Source: an uncultured delta proteobacterium | GTDB lineage: Bacteria; Myxococcota_A; Polyangia; Polyangiales; Polyangiaceae | Reading direction: 5' to 3' | NCBI GenBank assembly: GCA_963806225.1 | Contig: CAWDXG010000001.1 | Coordinates: 1,088,001 to 1,152,000 of the forward strand | Length of the DNA: 64,000 nt | The notes under the pieces: generated by a model | Seen by the model: the letters and a program-made list of their open reading frames with translations, nothing else | Database searches by the model: none | Told to the model about the DNA's origin: nothing | Translations under genes and position numbers: made by a program | Part shown: positions 50,401-60,151 of the stretch, one piece after another | Layout: each line of letters opens with the position of its first letter | How positions within the stretch are numbered: position 1 is the stretch's first letter

Positions 50401-51494
50401 AGGCCGGCTCGGGCCTTCTCGATCGCGCGCGCGCTCAGGTCCGAACCGAACAGCTTGATGGACTGGTGCTGGTTCTGGGCACCGAGGAACTCGACCAGGC
50501 AGATCGCGAGAGAGTAGGCCTCCTCGCCTGTGGAGCAGCCGGGTACCCAGACGCGGAGGGTCGCGTCATCATCCTTGTGCTCCAGCAGGCCGGGCAGTAC
50601 CTGCCGCTCGAGCGCTTCGAAGGCGGAGGGGTCGCGGAAGAACGACGTCACATGGATGAGAATGTCTTCGGCGAGCGCTTTGGCTTCGCCGGAGTCCTTG
50701 CGAACTGCCTCGGCGTACTCGACGAGCGAGCCGAGACGGCGCAGCGCCATTCTCCGGGCGATGCGCCTCATGAGCGTTGGGCGCTTGTACTCCCTGAAGT
50801 CCAGCTGGGCGTGCTCTTTCAGCGTCGCCAGAATGTTCGCTAGGCTGCGTTCGTCCTCTTGGCGACTCTTCTCGGCCGGTGCCTCGGGAACGTCGGGAGG
50901 CACGAGATACGGATGGCGACTGAGCCGGACGAGCTCGCGCGAAATCCCTTCGGGGGGCAGGCGGAAATCGACGACGCCCGCAGCGAGCGCGCTCTCGGGC
51001 ATGCTGCGGAACTGGGAAGATTCTGGATCCTGGGCGAAGGTGATCCCGCCGGCGGCCTTGATCGCCCTGAGCCCCTCGGTACCATCGGAAGCGGAACCCG
51101 ACAGCACGACACCGATGGCTCGCCCCGGCAGGTCTTCCGCGAGCGCATGGAAGAACGAATCGATCGGAAGGTGCAGCTTGCCGGTCTGCGGTCTCGGGAC
51201 AAGCGAGAGGAAACCGTGCTCGATGTCCAGATCAGCGCTTGGCGGGATGACGTACACGCGGTTCGGCTCCGCCCGCATGCGCTCTGTCACCTGGACCACA
51301 GGCATACTGACATCGCCTGCCAGCACACTGCTGAGCAGGCTCGGCCGCTCGGGATCGAGGTGCTGGATCACCACGAAAGCCATGCCCGTGTCGGCGGGCA
51401 GTTCCGCGAAAAGCTGCCGAAGTGCCTCGAGGCCGCCGGCCGATGCACCGATCCCGACGATCGGGATGGCGGCCGCCTCCGTATTGTCGGTCAT
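47439..51494 (-). CDS. CheB-CheR-PAS hybrid histidine kinase with receiver domain
   Basis: GASAGG, IQHL, SGSASDG (CheB); VPGCSTGEEAYS, LISCRNVLIYF (CheR); NEELQS coiled coil; SHELRTPL; GLGLGL; REC domain. Confidence 0.95.
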   Translation of the reverse strand: MTDNTEAAAIPIVGIGASAGGLEALRQLFAELPADTGMAFVVIQHLDPERPSLLSSVLAGDVSMPVVQVTERMRAEPNRVYVIPPSADLDIEHGFLSLVPRPQTGKLHLPIDSFFHALAEDLPGRAIGVVLSGSASDGTEGLRAIKAAGGITFAQDPESSQFRSMPESALAAGVVDFRLPPEGISRELVRLSRHPYLVPPDVPEAPAEKSRQEDERSLANILATLKEHAQLDFREYKRPTLMRRIARRMALRRLGSLVEYAEAVRKDSGEAKALAEDILIHVTSFFRDPSAFEALERQVLPGLLEHKDDDATLRVWVPGCSTGEEAYSLAICLVEFLGAQNQHQSIKLFGSDLSARAIEKARAGLYAESDVEGVSPERLARFFERSGDHYRVGRRIRDLCVFVRHDLTRDPPFARLDLISCRNVLIYFDLELQRRILPLLHHCLNTPGYLLLGGSEGIREFAELFVPVNEDQRIFEKTGESPWIEYPRSLGPAAELRMPGFSPPRRGQPARDAQRQADHVLLARYAPSGVVVNERFEVIQFRGRTGDFLEPPPGQPQVNVVKMARDGLAAPLREALEAAKAQSITSRRHGATITRKGQTRSINLDVVPLGDVAGTVDRHFLVVFEELGLTPAAPTGIQQASPRPDDEAPQLHAELTATRDYLQAITGEHQDTVEELGAANEELVAANEELQSANEELQSTQEELQSTNEELSTLNDELHNRNQQLDVIADDLVNVLESVRIPVIMVDRDLRIRRFTPTARQISSLLPEDVGRSIDDVKLKVRVDDLADRIRETVESLTPKEYEVQGLDGRWFKLHIRPYRTADHRLDGAILSFLDVDVLKRALEEAERARDYAQRIVETVPMSLLVLDATLRVVSANPAYYDRFATRPDATERFPLFELAAGALDVPALRDALERSLATRSSFQHLEVQCAFPGGQRDLVVGGCPIQGTGGDPMLLVALEDITEHRQLEASEREARIEAEHANRAKDLFLATLSHELRTPLNTILMSAQVLQKSAAKDPVTQRASAAIGRAVGNQTRLINDLLDISRIVSGKLMLDLQEVDLATVVQSAVDVARSPAQVKGIGLDLAIRGAHHPVHGDPDRLQQVVANLLDNAVKFTPPGGSIAVSLEAFDHQARITVSDTGRGLRKEMIPHLFDRFVQAESSMTRAHGGLGLGLAIARHIVDVHGGEVHVESPGEGQGTTFTVTLPLAAQDAEPAPAARRTLSRSISGVRVLLIDDDDDARESCAAMLTLNGAEVRAVSSAAEGLAAAAAFKPQAILCDIAMPGEDGYAFIRKLRDDKHGREIPAAALTALAGEADRRRALEAGFQVHLAKPIDSDRLATAVAALATSTT

Positions 51495-51609
51495 CTGACC
51501 CGCTGTGCGCTCTTGGCTCGCCGGGGGGCGGGCGAACCCCCAACATGAGGCGCGATCACGGCGCCGTCAACCAACGAGCAGTACGCATTTCCCGCTCCTG
51601 GCGACGGTT

Positions 51610-53208
51610 TCAACCCCCCGGAACGTCGAAAGCGGGAACGAGCGACGTGTTTTCGAACACTGGCAGGTGGAGCTGCGTTGGCGCGTCCGGCTCAGGGGAC
51701 ACCTGGCCGAGCGCGTCGGCAAGCCGCGGCAGCACGACCTCGTCGGTGTAGCGGATCATGTGCTCGCCGCGCACGGCGCAGGCAATGGCCGAACGCACCG
51801 CATGCGTTCCGCGTGGCAGAGCACGAGCCAAAAGCCGCCAGAAGAGCGCCCGCCGCTGGCCAAGGATGCCGAGGCGGTAGAGCGAGCGCAGGGCGATACG
51901 CACGTCGGCCGCGAGGAGCGGCGTCTTGCCTGCCGGCGCCCCGATATGATCGACGACCGCCGCGCTTCTCTGGAAGTACGCCTCTGGTGCGTAGAGGTCG
52001 GCAAGCAGCTTCGCGTAGGCCGCGATGAGCTCGCGCTCCGGCATGGTGGGCCTGAAGTTGGGCCGCGCGAAGGCGTCGCCATCGGAATGGGCGCGCAGTC
52101 TGCCTTCGTGCTCCAGCCGGCGCCAGAGCGCGGTGCCCGGCAGCGCTGTGAGCAGGCCCACCATCGCCAGTGGCAGCGGCGCGTCGCGAAGCAGCTCCCG
52201 CTGCGCCTCGAAGCTCCTCTCGCCGTCGCCGTCGAAACCAACGATGAACCCACCCATCACCTCCAGCCCTGCCGCGGTGAGCTTGTCGAGCGCGGCGCGG
52301 ACGTCGACGCCCACGTTCTGGCGCTTCTTCGTGATCTTCAATGCCTCTTCGTCGGGCGTTTCAATCCCGATGAACACCGACGTGAAGTTCGCGGCGTGCA
52401 TCGCGGCAACGAGCCTGTCGTCGGCGGCCAGGTTCAGGCTCGCCTCGGTGTAGAAAGTGAAGGGGTAGCCCGCGTCGTGTTGCCAGCGGGCGAGCTCGGC
52501 GAGGATGGGCCGCACCATCTTCTTGTTGCCGATGAAGTTGTCGTCGACGACGAAGACCTCGCCGCGATATCCCAGCCGGGCGAGCTCCGTGAGCTCGGCC
52601 ACGACCTGTTCAGGCCGCTTCACGCGCGGCACACGTCCGAAGATCTCGATGATGTCGCAGAACTCGCAGCTGAATGGGCAGCCGCGAGAGGTCTGGATGC
52701 ACATCGAGCGGTACTGCCCGATGTCGAGCAGGTCGAAGCGCGGCACCGGCACCTCGTGTAGCGACGGACGCGCGGCGGGAGCGTGAAGGACGCGCGGCGT
52801 GCCCGGCTGCCCTTCGATCGCCCCGACGAGCTCGTCCACCCGCCCCTCGGCTTCGCCAAGGAAGAGGCAATCCGCATCGTCGAACCGCTTCGGCGAGGTG
52901 GTGCACGCCGGTCCGCCGACGATCGTCCGACGCCCGAGCTGGCGCGCGCGCGCCAGGATCTCGTGCATCGAGGGCTCCTGCACCAGCATGCCGCTCGACA
53001 GCACGACGTCCGCCCAGCCGAGGTCGTCCTCCCGGAGCGGCTCCACATTCAGGTCGACCAGGCGCAGCTCCCAGTCTTGCGGCAGCAGCGCCGCCACGGA
53101 GATCAGACCGAGCGGTGGCAGCGTGGCGCGCTTGCCGACCAGCGACAGGCTGTGCTGGAAGCCCCAATAGGTTGTGGGGAACTCTGGGTAGACGAGCAGG
53201 ACGCGCAT
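51610..53208 (-). CDS. B12-binding radical SAM protein, DUF4070/HpnP-like family
   Basis: YPEFPTTYWGF...PPLGLISVAALLP, SRGCPFSCEFCDI, VDDNFIGN, FIGIETP, GFIVGFD. Confidence 0.88.
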   Translation of the reverse strand: MRVLLVYPEFPTTYWGFQHSLSLVGKRATLPPLGLISVAALLPQDWELRLVDLNVEPLREDDLGWADVVLSSGMLVQEPSMHEILARARQLGRRTIVGGPACTTSPKRFDDADCLFLGEAEGRVDELVGAIEGQPGTPRVLHAPAARPSLHEVPVPRFDLLDIGQYRSMCIQTSRGCPFSCEFCDIIEIFGRVPRVKRPEQVVAELTELARLGYRGEVFVVDDNFIGNKKMVRPILAELARWQHDAGYPFTFYTEASLNLAADDRLVAAMHAANFTSVFIGIETPDEEALKITKKRQNVGVDVRAALDKLTAAGLEVMGGFIVGFDGDGERSFEAQRELLRDAPLPLAMVGLLTALPGTALWRRLEHEGRLRAHSDGDAFARPNFRPTMPERELIAAYAKLLADLYAPEAYFQRSAAVVDHIGAPAGKTPLLAADVRIALRSLYRLGILGQRRALFWRLLARALPRGTHAVRSAIACAVRGEHMIRYTDEVVLPRLADALGQVSPEPDAPTQLHLPVFENTSLVPAFDVPGG

Positions 53209-53397
53209 GGGCCCCCTCATGCAGGCCGGATGCCAGAAGAAAAGGCCGGCAATAACCCGTTGGCAATATCCGCGAGCGGGGCGTTTTGCCCCTCAGCGTA
53301 GCGCAATGGTTGCACTTTGCGAAAGGCAGGCGCGCGTAACGTGCGTGTGCGGCGCGCGACCCCAGTCCGGGTGATGTTGCACGGACGACGCGCGCAC

Positions 53398-53841
53398 GAC
53401 GTGGTACGCCGAGCGCAACGCGACGGGACCGTATTCCTCGTCATGGATTTCCTCGACGGCACATCGCTCGAGCAGATCTGTCCGGTCCACGCGTCGATCG
53501 CAGAGGCGACCTGGGTCGCCGACCAGGTGCTCTCGGTGCTGGAGGCGGCACATGCGCGAGGCATCGTGCACCGTGACCTCAAGCCCGAGAACCCGGCGGC
53601 CCAGCGCGATCCATCGGCCGATGCGGCCAGCGCTCCAACCAGCTCCGCCGCCACGCTCCTCGTTTCCGTCCCCCCTCGTGTCGCCGACGCGCCGGTTCCC
53701 GAGCCCTCGGCGATGCCCGCGCCACGCCCGCTGATCTTCCCGCTCGTCATCCACGGAACGAAGGCTCGTGTTACGCCAGTGCCCGCGTCGCCTCCCGTCT
53801 ACGTCCGCACGAATCCCGGGTTCGTGCATTCACGCCGATGA
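53398..53841 (+). pseudogene. Ser/Thr protein kinase remnant
   Basis: FLVMDFLDG.SL and AHARGIVHRDLKPEN only; no Gly-loop, VAIK or DFG; jumps directly to a Pro-rich tail. Confidence 0.8.
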
Positions 53842-54515
53842 CGCAAGCTGTCCCCCGCCGCTCCCTTTCGTGCATGCTCGCTCTCGTCGTCTGGGGGCTG
53901 TCGGTGGCCGCGGGCGCCCAGCCGGTGAATTCCGACGCCGACAGGTTGTTCGACACCGGTGTGAAGCTTGCGGAGCTCGGCGATTGCGAGGGCGCGCGCG
54001 AGAAGTTCGAGGCGAGCTTCCGGGCCGACCCCGCGCCAGGAACGCTGATCAACTGGGGCTTGTGCGATGAGCAACTCGGCAAGCTCGGGTCGGCCTACGT
54101 CCGGCTGGAACGCGCCCGCGCGATGCTTCACGCCGGCGATGCTCGCCTTCCCGCGGTCGATCAACGACTCGAAGCGCTCGCGCGTCGCGTTCCGAGGCTG
54201 GAACTGCAGCTGTTCCCGAAGGCGCCGGAGGGCACCCGGGTCGTGCTCGACGATGCGTCCGTCGGACGCAACCTGCTCGGAACCGCGATCCCGTTGGACC
54301 CCGGCATGCACGTGGTTCTGCTCCGGCTGCCGAACCGTCAGGTGCGACGCTATGATGTTGCACTCCGCCCTGGCCAACGAGCGAAGCTCCTGCTCGAGCC
54401 GGCCATGCTCAAGGCGCCCGCTTCCGCTTCGCCGCCGCAGCGCCTTCCACCGGCGACGCACCGCCCCGGCAAGGTGGGCGCCGGATTCGGACTCCAGTTG
54501 CGGGGAAGGCTTTGA
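53838..54515 (+). CDS. TPR/PEGA-like secreted protein (appears internally shortened)
   Basis: ADRLFDTG...FEASF...GTLINWGLC...IPLDPGMH; ATGA-coupled to the kinase remnant. Confidence 0.7.
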   Translation: MTQAVPRRSLSCMLALVVWGLSVAAGAQPVNSDADRLFDTGVKLAELGDCEGAREKFEASFRADPAPGTLINWGLCDEQLGKLGSAYVRLERARAMLHAGDARLPAVDQRLEALARRVPRLELQLFPKAPEGTRVVLDDASVGRNLLGTAIPLDPGMHVVLLRLPNRQVRRYDVALRPGQRAKLLLEPAMLKAPASASPPQRLPPATHRPGKVGAGFGLQLRGRL

Positions 54516-54874
54516 TGCGCGCGTCTGTCGGCTGCCATCTCTCGATTGGAGCGCTGCCGATCGTCGCGGTCGTGGCGGGCTGCGCGTCTGTCATCGGTGC
54601 GGACTTCGAAGGCTTCGAGACCGAGCCCGGTGGCGATGGCGGAGACGCCTTGCCTGGGCCTGATGCAGCCGACTCGACCGATGCGCGCGATGCGCGCCCC
54701 GCCGTGGATGCCGGCGGAGCCGAAACGCTCGACCCGTGCGACGCGGCTGGCGCATGCAAGAAAGGAGCGGTCGAGACCGCTGCCTGCAAGGGCGACGAGA
54801 TCAAGACGCGAACCTGCGACGCTCTCTGTAGCTGGGGCCACTACGGCAAGTGCCAGAAGCCGGGCAACAAGTGA
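54515..54874 (+). CDS. Short Cys-containing lipoprotein (possibly truncated)
   Basis: Lipobox VAGC; TGATG-coupled to the upstream gene. Confidence 0.6.
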   Translation: MRASVGCHLSIGALPIVAVVAGCASVIGADFEGFETEPGGDGGDALPGPDAADSTDARDARPAVDAGGAETLDPCDAAGACKKGAVETAACKGDEIKTRTCDALCSWGHYGKCQKPGNK

Positions 54875-54956
54875 GCGTCGCCCGTCTCCCATCGGTTGAC
54901 GCGCAGCCATGGTCCAAGGGCCCAGTAGCGCATGGGCTGCCCCCCACGTGGGTGCG

Positions 54957-55163
54957 ATGGCCGACTCCATCCAGCTATTCGTCGTGGACGTGGACGGCAC
55001 ACTGCTGGCGCCGGAGAAGAGACTGACCGACCGCGTCCGGGACCCGGTCCGGTCGCTCAGGCAGGCAGGCGTCCAGCTCGCGCTCACCAGCGGGCGTCCG
55101 CCGCGCCCGCTCGCGTTGCCCCGGCTCCCTACCGTTTTGCAGGATCATGCGGCGCAATCGTGA
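54957..55163 (+). pseudogene. Cof-type HAD hydrolase N-terminal fragment
   Basis: VVDVDGTLL (motif I) and LTSGRP (motif II), then homology stops. Confidence 0.75.
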
Positions 55164-55175
55164 TAGGCGCACAGT

Positions 55176-55832
55176 ATGCGTGCTGGTCACCGCGTGGTTG
55201 TTGGTCTGCTCGCCTGCTTCATTGCTCTCGGTTCCACGACGCGCGCTTCGGCCCAGGACAACCCCGGAAAAAGTCGGATTCGACCGCGGGCGGGCCCGAG
55301 GGTCAGCCACAATCGGTTGCAGTGGATCTGCAGCGTCTCGGTGCGGAGCTTGATCTCTACGCCGCGGAGGCAAACCGCACACGCTTGGCCTCGGCGCTGA
55401 CCGGGCTGGGGATCGGGTCAGCGCTCGTCCCGTCGGGCATCGTGCTCCTCGGACGGTCCGACGGCGTCTCTCGAGCGCTGGTGATCGGGATGATCGTCGG
55501 CGGTTCCGCGCAACTCGCCTCGGTGCCGCTGCTGCTGATCCCAACGCGGATGGATGGCCGCGGGCTTGAGCCTGTTGCTCGCGCACGAAGGTGTCCTGGG
55601 GATGTCGCGCGAAGCGCAATACACCTGGGGCGGCGTGCTGATGGGTACCGGGGCGCCAGTCACCACAATCAGCGTGCGGCTCCTGCTCGAATGGAGCCTG
55701 GAAGAGTCCTCATGGCAGGCCTATCGAACGATGAAGTCCGACGCGAATCGCTTGGCAAGAGTGCGCCTGCCATCCATCGGCGCGACTCCACTTCCGGGCG
55801 GAGCGATGGGCTTCGCCTCGATGAGGTTCTAG
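55176..55832 (+). pseudogene. Frameshifted or deleted secreted membrane protein
   Basis: Signal peptide (55176-), TM segments (frame of ORF 54932) and C-terminus (55554-55832) occupy discontinuous segments, with frame switches near 55270 and 55552. Confidence 0.55.
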
Positions 55833-55907
55833 ATCAGCGACAGTGGGGGGCCCGGGCCGTCGCTCGCGCTGATTCCCGAACACGTTTCGCCATAGCGCTG
55901 ACGGCGG

Positions 55908-56747
55908 CTATGCTGGTCGGACCTGAGGCGGATTCACCGAAACGGGTCCGCCGGTCAGCGTGACGGGCAGCTCGTCACCGTCGACCTCGAGCACAAGAGC
56001 CGTGATGTTGTCTTTTCCGCCTCGCGCATTCGCGGTATCGACCAACAGCGCGCCGGCCTCCTCCAGGCTGGCTCCGCTCAGGATCGCGCGCATGTCGGTG
56101 TCGCGAAGCTCGTTGGAGAGGCCGTCAGAGCAGAGCAGGAAGCGATCGCGCTGACAGAGCGGAACCCAGCCCATCGCGACGGCGACCTCGGGTCCGAGTC
56201 CGACCGCTTGTAGAATGCGATTCTTGAAGTCGCTGTCTCGGGCCTGCTCGGGCGTGAGCGATCCCTTGTCGACGAGCTGTTGCACGACACTTTGATCGTG
56301 GGTGATCTGCAAGAACTGATCGCCGCGCAGTAGATACGCGCGCGAGTCTCCGATCTCGGCGACGTACGCGTCATGGCCATGAAGCAGCATGGCCGTCAGC
56401 GTCGCACCCATGCCTTCCTTGCCGGACGCACGCGCGAAGTTCCACACGTTCTTGTTGGCGCCTTCGACGCTGGTCCGGAGCGCGTCGCTGGCGCCTTGCG
56501 CGGAGCCAGCGTCCATGCCGATGCGCAGCCCGTGCAGCGCGAGCGCGCTCGCAACCTCACCCGACTGCGCGCCGCCCATGCCGTCCGAAACGGCGACCAG
56601 GACCCCGCGCTCACCGACGCTCAGCAATTCGGCCCTCGCCATCGAGTGAACGCGCACCGTCGTTGCCAGGTCGGCGACGACGAAGGCATCCTCGTTCGTT
56701 TCACGGATGCGGCCACGGTGGGTCTTCCCAAACACGGTTATCTTCAC
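55908..56747 (-). CDS. PP2C-family Ser/Thr protein phosphatase
   Basis: GRIRETNEDA, VSDGMGG, GDSRAY, THDQS, LCSDGL, GGKDNIT. Confidence 0.93.
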   Translation of the reverse strand: MKITVFGKTHRGRIRETNEDAFVVADLATTVRVHSMARAELLSVGERGVLVAVSDGMGGAQSGEVASALALHGLRIGMDAGSAQGASDALRTSVEGANKNVWNFARASGKEGMGATLTAMLLHGHDAYVAEIGDSRAYLLRGDQFLQITHDQSVVQQLVDKGSLTPEQARDSDFKNRILQAVGLGPEVAVAMGWVPLCQRDRFLLCSDGLSNELRDTDMRAILSGASLEEAGALLVDTANARGGKDNITALVLEVDGDELPVTLTGGPVSVNPPQVRPA

Positions 56748-56868
56748 GTACGGTCCCCAAGCAAGACCTGGGCCGCAGAGGCTTCGCGAGGAGGGGCAAC
56801 GGATGCTTGGCCCCTCCGACCTTGCGACAGATCGCGCAATCGTCCTTGCGACGGTGGGTCGCGGGCCC

Positions 56869-56884
56869 AGCAACAGTCATGCCG
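56869..56884 (-). promoter_or_regulatory. Sigma-54 promoter candidate for PP2C
   Basis: Minus strand reads CGGCATGACTGTTGCT. Confidence 0.45.
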
Positions 56885-57120
56885 CAGACCGGATCCTCGT
56901 GTGTTTCGCTAGAATACGACCGACCGGGCCCGCTGGGTTGCGCTGTACGCTTGCATCGCGGGCCTGCGGATGATCCAGGTAGCCAGAACGGAGTGGAAAA
57001 TGCCGCAAAGCCGGGCGCGACCCGGCGAGAGTGCGCATGTTGCTCTGATCAAGGGCGGGATCCGATTCGAGCGGACGCTCCGGCGTCCAGCCGCAGCTCG
57101 ATCGGCGAGGGAACGGAGCG

Positions 57121-59457
57121 ATGGGGAAAGACGAGCCATCCAATGGAAACGGCGCTCTTCACGCTGCACGGCGGGCGCTCGGGGACAGCGAGGCGATCAA
57201 TCGCGCCATCGTCGAGAGCATTCCCCAGAAGTTGTTCCTGAAGGATTGCAGCTCGGTCTACCTCGCTATCAACTCGCCCCTCGCGGCCAGCCTCGGCTGC
57301 ACGCCCGAGCAGGTCGTGGGCAAGGACGACTTCGCCCTCGTCTCGGCCGAGCTGGCCGACAAGTACCGGGCCGACGATCGCGCGGTGATCGAATCGGGAC
57401 AGGCCAAGGACATGGAGGAGCGATACGTCGCCCAGGGGAAGGAGTACTGGATCCACACCGTCAAGACGCCGGTCAGGAGCGCCGCCGGCGAGGTGATCGC
57501 CGTGCTCGGTCTGTTCGAGGACATCACCGAGCAAAAGCGGGCAGCCAACGTGCTCGAAGCATCGGAGAAGCGCTACCGCCGCCTGTTCGAGTCAGCCAAG
57601 GACGGTATCCTGATTCTCGACGCGGACTCCGGCTGCATCGTCGACGTCAATCCGTTTCTGGAGCAGTTGACAGGCTACTCGCACGAGGAGTTCCTGGGCA
57701 GGCATCTGTGGGAGATCGGCGCGTTCAAGGACATCGCCGCTTCGCGGGAGGCGTTTGTCACGTTGCAGACGGAAAAGTACGTCCGCTACGAGCATCTTCC
57801 GCTGAAGGCCCGCGACGGACGCCGCATCGACGTCGAGTTCGTCAGCAATGTCTATCCTGTCGACAACCAGAACGTGATCCAGTGCAACATCCGTGACATC
57901 ACCGCCTGGAAACGGGTCGAGATCGAGCGCAATCGGTTGATGAGGGCGATCGAGCAGACCGCGGAGATGGTGGTCGTCACCAACGCCAGCGGAAACATCG
58001 TCTACGCCAACCCGGCCTTCGAAACCGTAACCGGCTACGCGCACGCGGAGGTCCTCGGCCAGAGTCCGCGCCTGCTCAAGAGCGGCGTTCAGGACGACGC
58101 GTTCTACCGCGCGATGTGGGCGACCATCAGCGGCGGCGGGACCTGGCACGGACGCATGGTCAACAAGAAGAAGGACGGCACGCTCTACACCGCCGAGGCG
58201 ACCATCTCGCCCGTGCGCGAGGCGGCCGGGGCGATCACGAGCTACGTCGCCGTGGAGCGGGACATCAGCGCGAGGCTCGTGCTGGAGGCGCAGTTCCTGC
58301 AGGCCCAGAGGATGGAGAGCATCGGGCGCCTCGCCGGCGGCGTCGCCCACGACTTCAACAACCTCGTCACGGTCATCCTGAGCTACACAGCGCTCGCGCT
58401 GGAACAGTTGCGGGACGGCGACCCGCTGAAAGACGACCTGCTCGAGGTGACCGGGGCCGGCGAGCGAGCCGCGGCGCTCACGCGCCAGCTCCTCGCGTTC
58501 GGTCGCAAGCAGGTGCTGCAGCCAGTGGCTCTCGACCTGAACCAGGTGCTCGGCGACATGGAGAACATGCTGCGCCGGATCATCGGCGAGGACATCGAGC
58601 TGGTGTGGGCCCCCCAATCCACGCTCGGGCTGGTCCGGGCCGATCCAGGTCAGCTCGAGCAGGTGCTCATGAACCTCGTGGTGAACGCCGGCGACGCGAT
58701 GCCCGACGGCGGCCGGCTCACCATCGAAACGTCCAACGTGGAGATCGACGAGGCGTACGCGGCGGCTCACGCGGCCGTTGAACGCGGACCTTACGTCATG
58801 CTTTCGGTCAGCGACACGGGCTCGGGCATGGACGAGGCGACCCGGACCCAGATCTTCGATCCCTTCTTCACCACCAAGGACAAGAGCAAGGGGACGGGTC
58901 TGGGCCTTTCCACGGTGCACGGCATCGTGACGCAGAGCGGCGGCTCCATCTGGGTCTACAGCGAGCCTGGCCGGGGAACGACGTTCAGGGTGTATCTGCC
59001 GCGGGAGCTCGAGGCCACCATGGTGCTGGCCAGCGAGCGCCGGACGACCCGGCCGCGGACTGGAACCGAGACGATCCTCGTGGTCGAGGACGAGAAGGCA
59101 CTGCGCAGGGTGGCCAGAAGGATCCTGGGCGCAGCCGGCTACACGGTGCTGACCGCCGCGGGCGGGCCCGAGGCGATCGCGATGTGCGCGCAACACGGGG
59201 ACGACATCCATCTGCTCCTGACCGACATGGTCATGCCGTCGATGAGCGGAATGGAGCTCGCACAAGAGCTTCTGCAGACGCGGCCGGCGCTCCGGGTCCT
59301 CTACACGTCGGGCTACAGCGACGCGGGGCTCGTCCAGCAGGGCGTGCTCGAACCAGGGGTCCACTTCCTGCCGAAGCCGTTCACCGCCGCTGACCTCGTG
59401 CGCTCGGTCGGCGAGGTGCTGGACGGCGCTAGTCCCCCGGCACGAAGGTTATTGTAG
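57121..59457 (+). CDS. Cytoplasmic multi-PAS hybrid sensor histidine kinase
   Basis: Three PAS/PAC blocks, [26 protein letters not shown] domain (LLTDMVMP). Confidence 0.95.
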   Translation: MGKDEPSNGNGALHAARRALGDSEAINRAIVESIPQKLFLKDCSSVYLAINSPLAASLGCTPEQVVGKDDFALVSAELADKYRADDRAVIESGQAKDMEERYVAQGKEYWIHTVKTPVRSAAGEVIAVLGLFEDITEQKRAANVLEASEKRYRRLFESAKDGILILDADSGCIVDVNPFLEQLTGYSHEEFLGRHLWEIGAFKDIAASREAFVTLQTEKYVRYEHLPLKARDGRRIDVEFVSNVYPVDNQNVIQCNIRDITAWKRVEIERNRLMRAIEQTAEMVVVTNASGNIVYANPAFETVTGYAHAEVLGQSPRLLKSGVQDDAFYRAMWATISGGGTWHGRMVNKKKDGTLYTAEATISPVREAAGAITSYVAVERDISARLVLEAQFLQAQRMESIGRLAGGVAHDFNNLVTVILSYTALALEQLRDGDPLKDDLLEVTGAGERAAALTRQLLAFGRKQVLQPVALDLNQVLGDMENMLRRIIGEDIELVWAPQSTLGLVRADPGQLEQVLMNLVVNAGDAMPDGGRLTIETSNVEIDEAYAAAHAAVERGPYVMLSVSDTGSGMDEATRTQIFDPFFTTKDKSKGTGLGLSTVHGIVTQSGGSIWVYSEPGRGTTFRVYLPRELEATMVLASERRTTRPRTGTETILVVEDEKALRRVARRILGAAGYTVLTAAGGPEAIAMCAQHGDDIHLLLTDMVMPSMSGMELAQELLQTRPALRVLYTSGYSDAGLVQQGVLEPGVHFLPKPFTAADLVRSVGEVLDGASPPARRLL

Positions 59458-59466
59458 GTCCTGCCA

Positions 59467-60072
59467 GTGGAACGGTGTTCCGTGCGCCGATCGAATCCCA
59501 GGCGCACTCACCGTCGCGAAGGGACGCCGACACCGGGCGTCGTTCTCGAGCTCGGCGTGTCCTCGATTTCTCCGAAGGAGTCGGTGGAGCTACTCGACGG
59601 TGGCGATCGGGCCTACCCGGCTATGCTCTCTGCCATCGCGCACGCGCGAAAGAGTGTCGACCTGGAGGTCTACGCCTTCTCCCCGTCGGGCGTGGGCGCA
59701 CGCTTCGTCGAAGCACTGGGGCGCGCGGCGCGCCGACGTGTGGCGGTGCGTATCGTGATCGACGGCTGGGGCTCGGCGCGCCGGGGGCGCGGCGTCGCGA
59801 ATTCCCTGCGCGAGGTCGGCTGCGAGGTTCGAATCTACCACCGTCTGGCCGCCCTGCGTTCGCGCGCGATCACATCGTTGGAGGCAACGTCACGGCTGCG
59901 GAGGTGGATGCTCGACCCAATGGGTCGGCTCGTGGCCCGGTTCGCAGACGCGATCAGTCGCGTGATCGCTAGCCGAAAGCTGCGGCGAGCATCGACAGAC
60001 TACTCCGTGTCCGCTGCGGCTTCCGACCCGGGTAGCGGTGGGGGCAACCCGGTCGCGAGAGACCCTCCGTGA
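59467..60072 (+). pseudogene. Cardiolipin synthase (ClsB-like/PLD) remnant without HKD motifs
   Basis: VELLDGG...MLSAIAHARKSVDLEVY...VRIVIDGWGS; homology ends before the first HxKxxxxD motif. Confidence 0.75.
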
Positions 60073-60151
60073 CCCTTCGAAGAGTGCGTGGCCCGCGCGC
60101 TATGCGCGATGGTGTGGCGCAAAGGTTGCGTTTCCGGTCTACGCGCCGTGC

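Noticed and set aside
47439..51494. Chemotaxis operon
   Set aside because: No CheA, CheW or MCP genes; this is the known stand-alone CheB-CheR kinase fusion.
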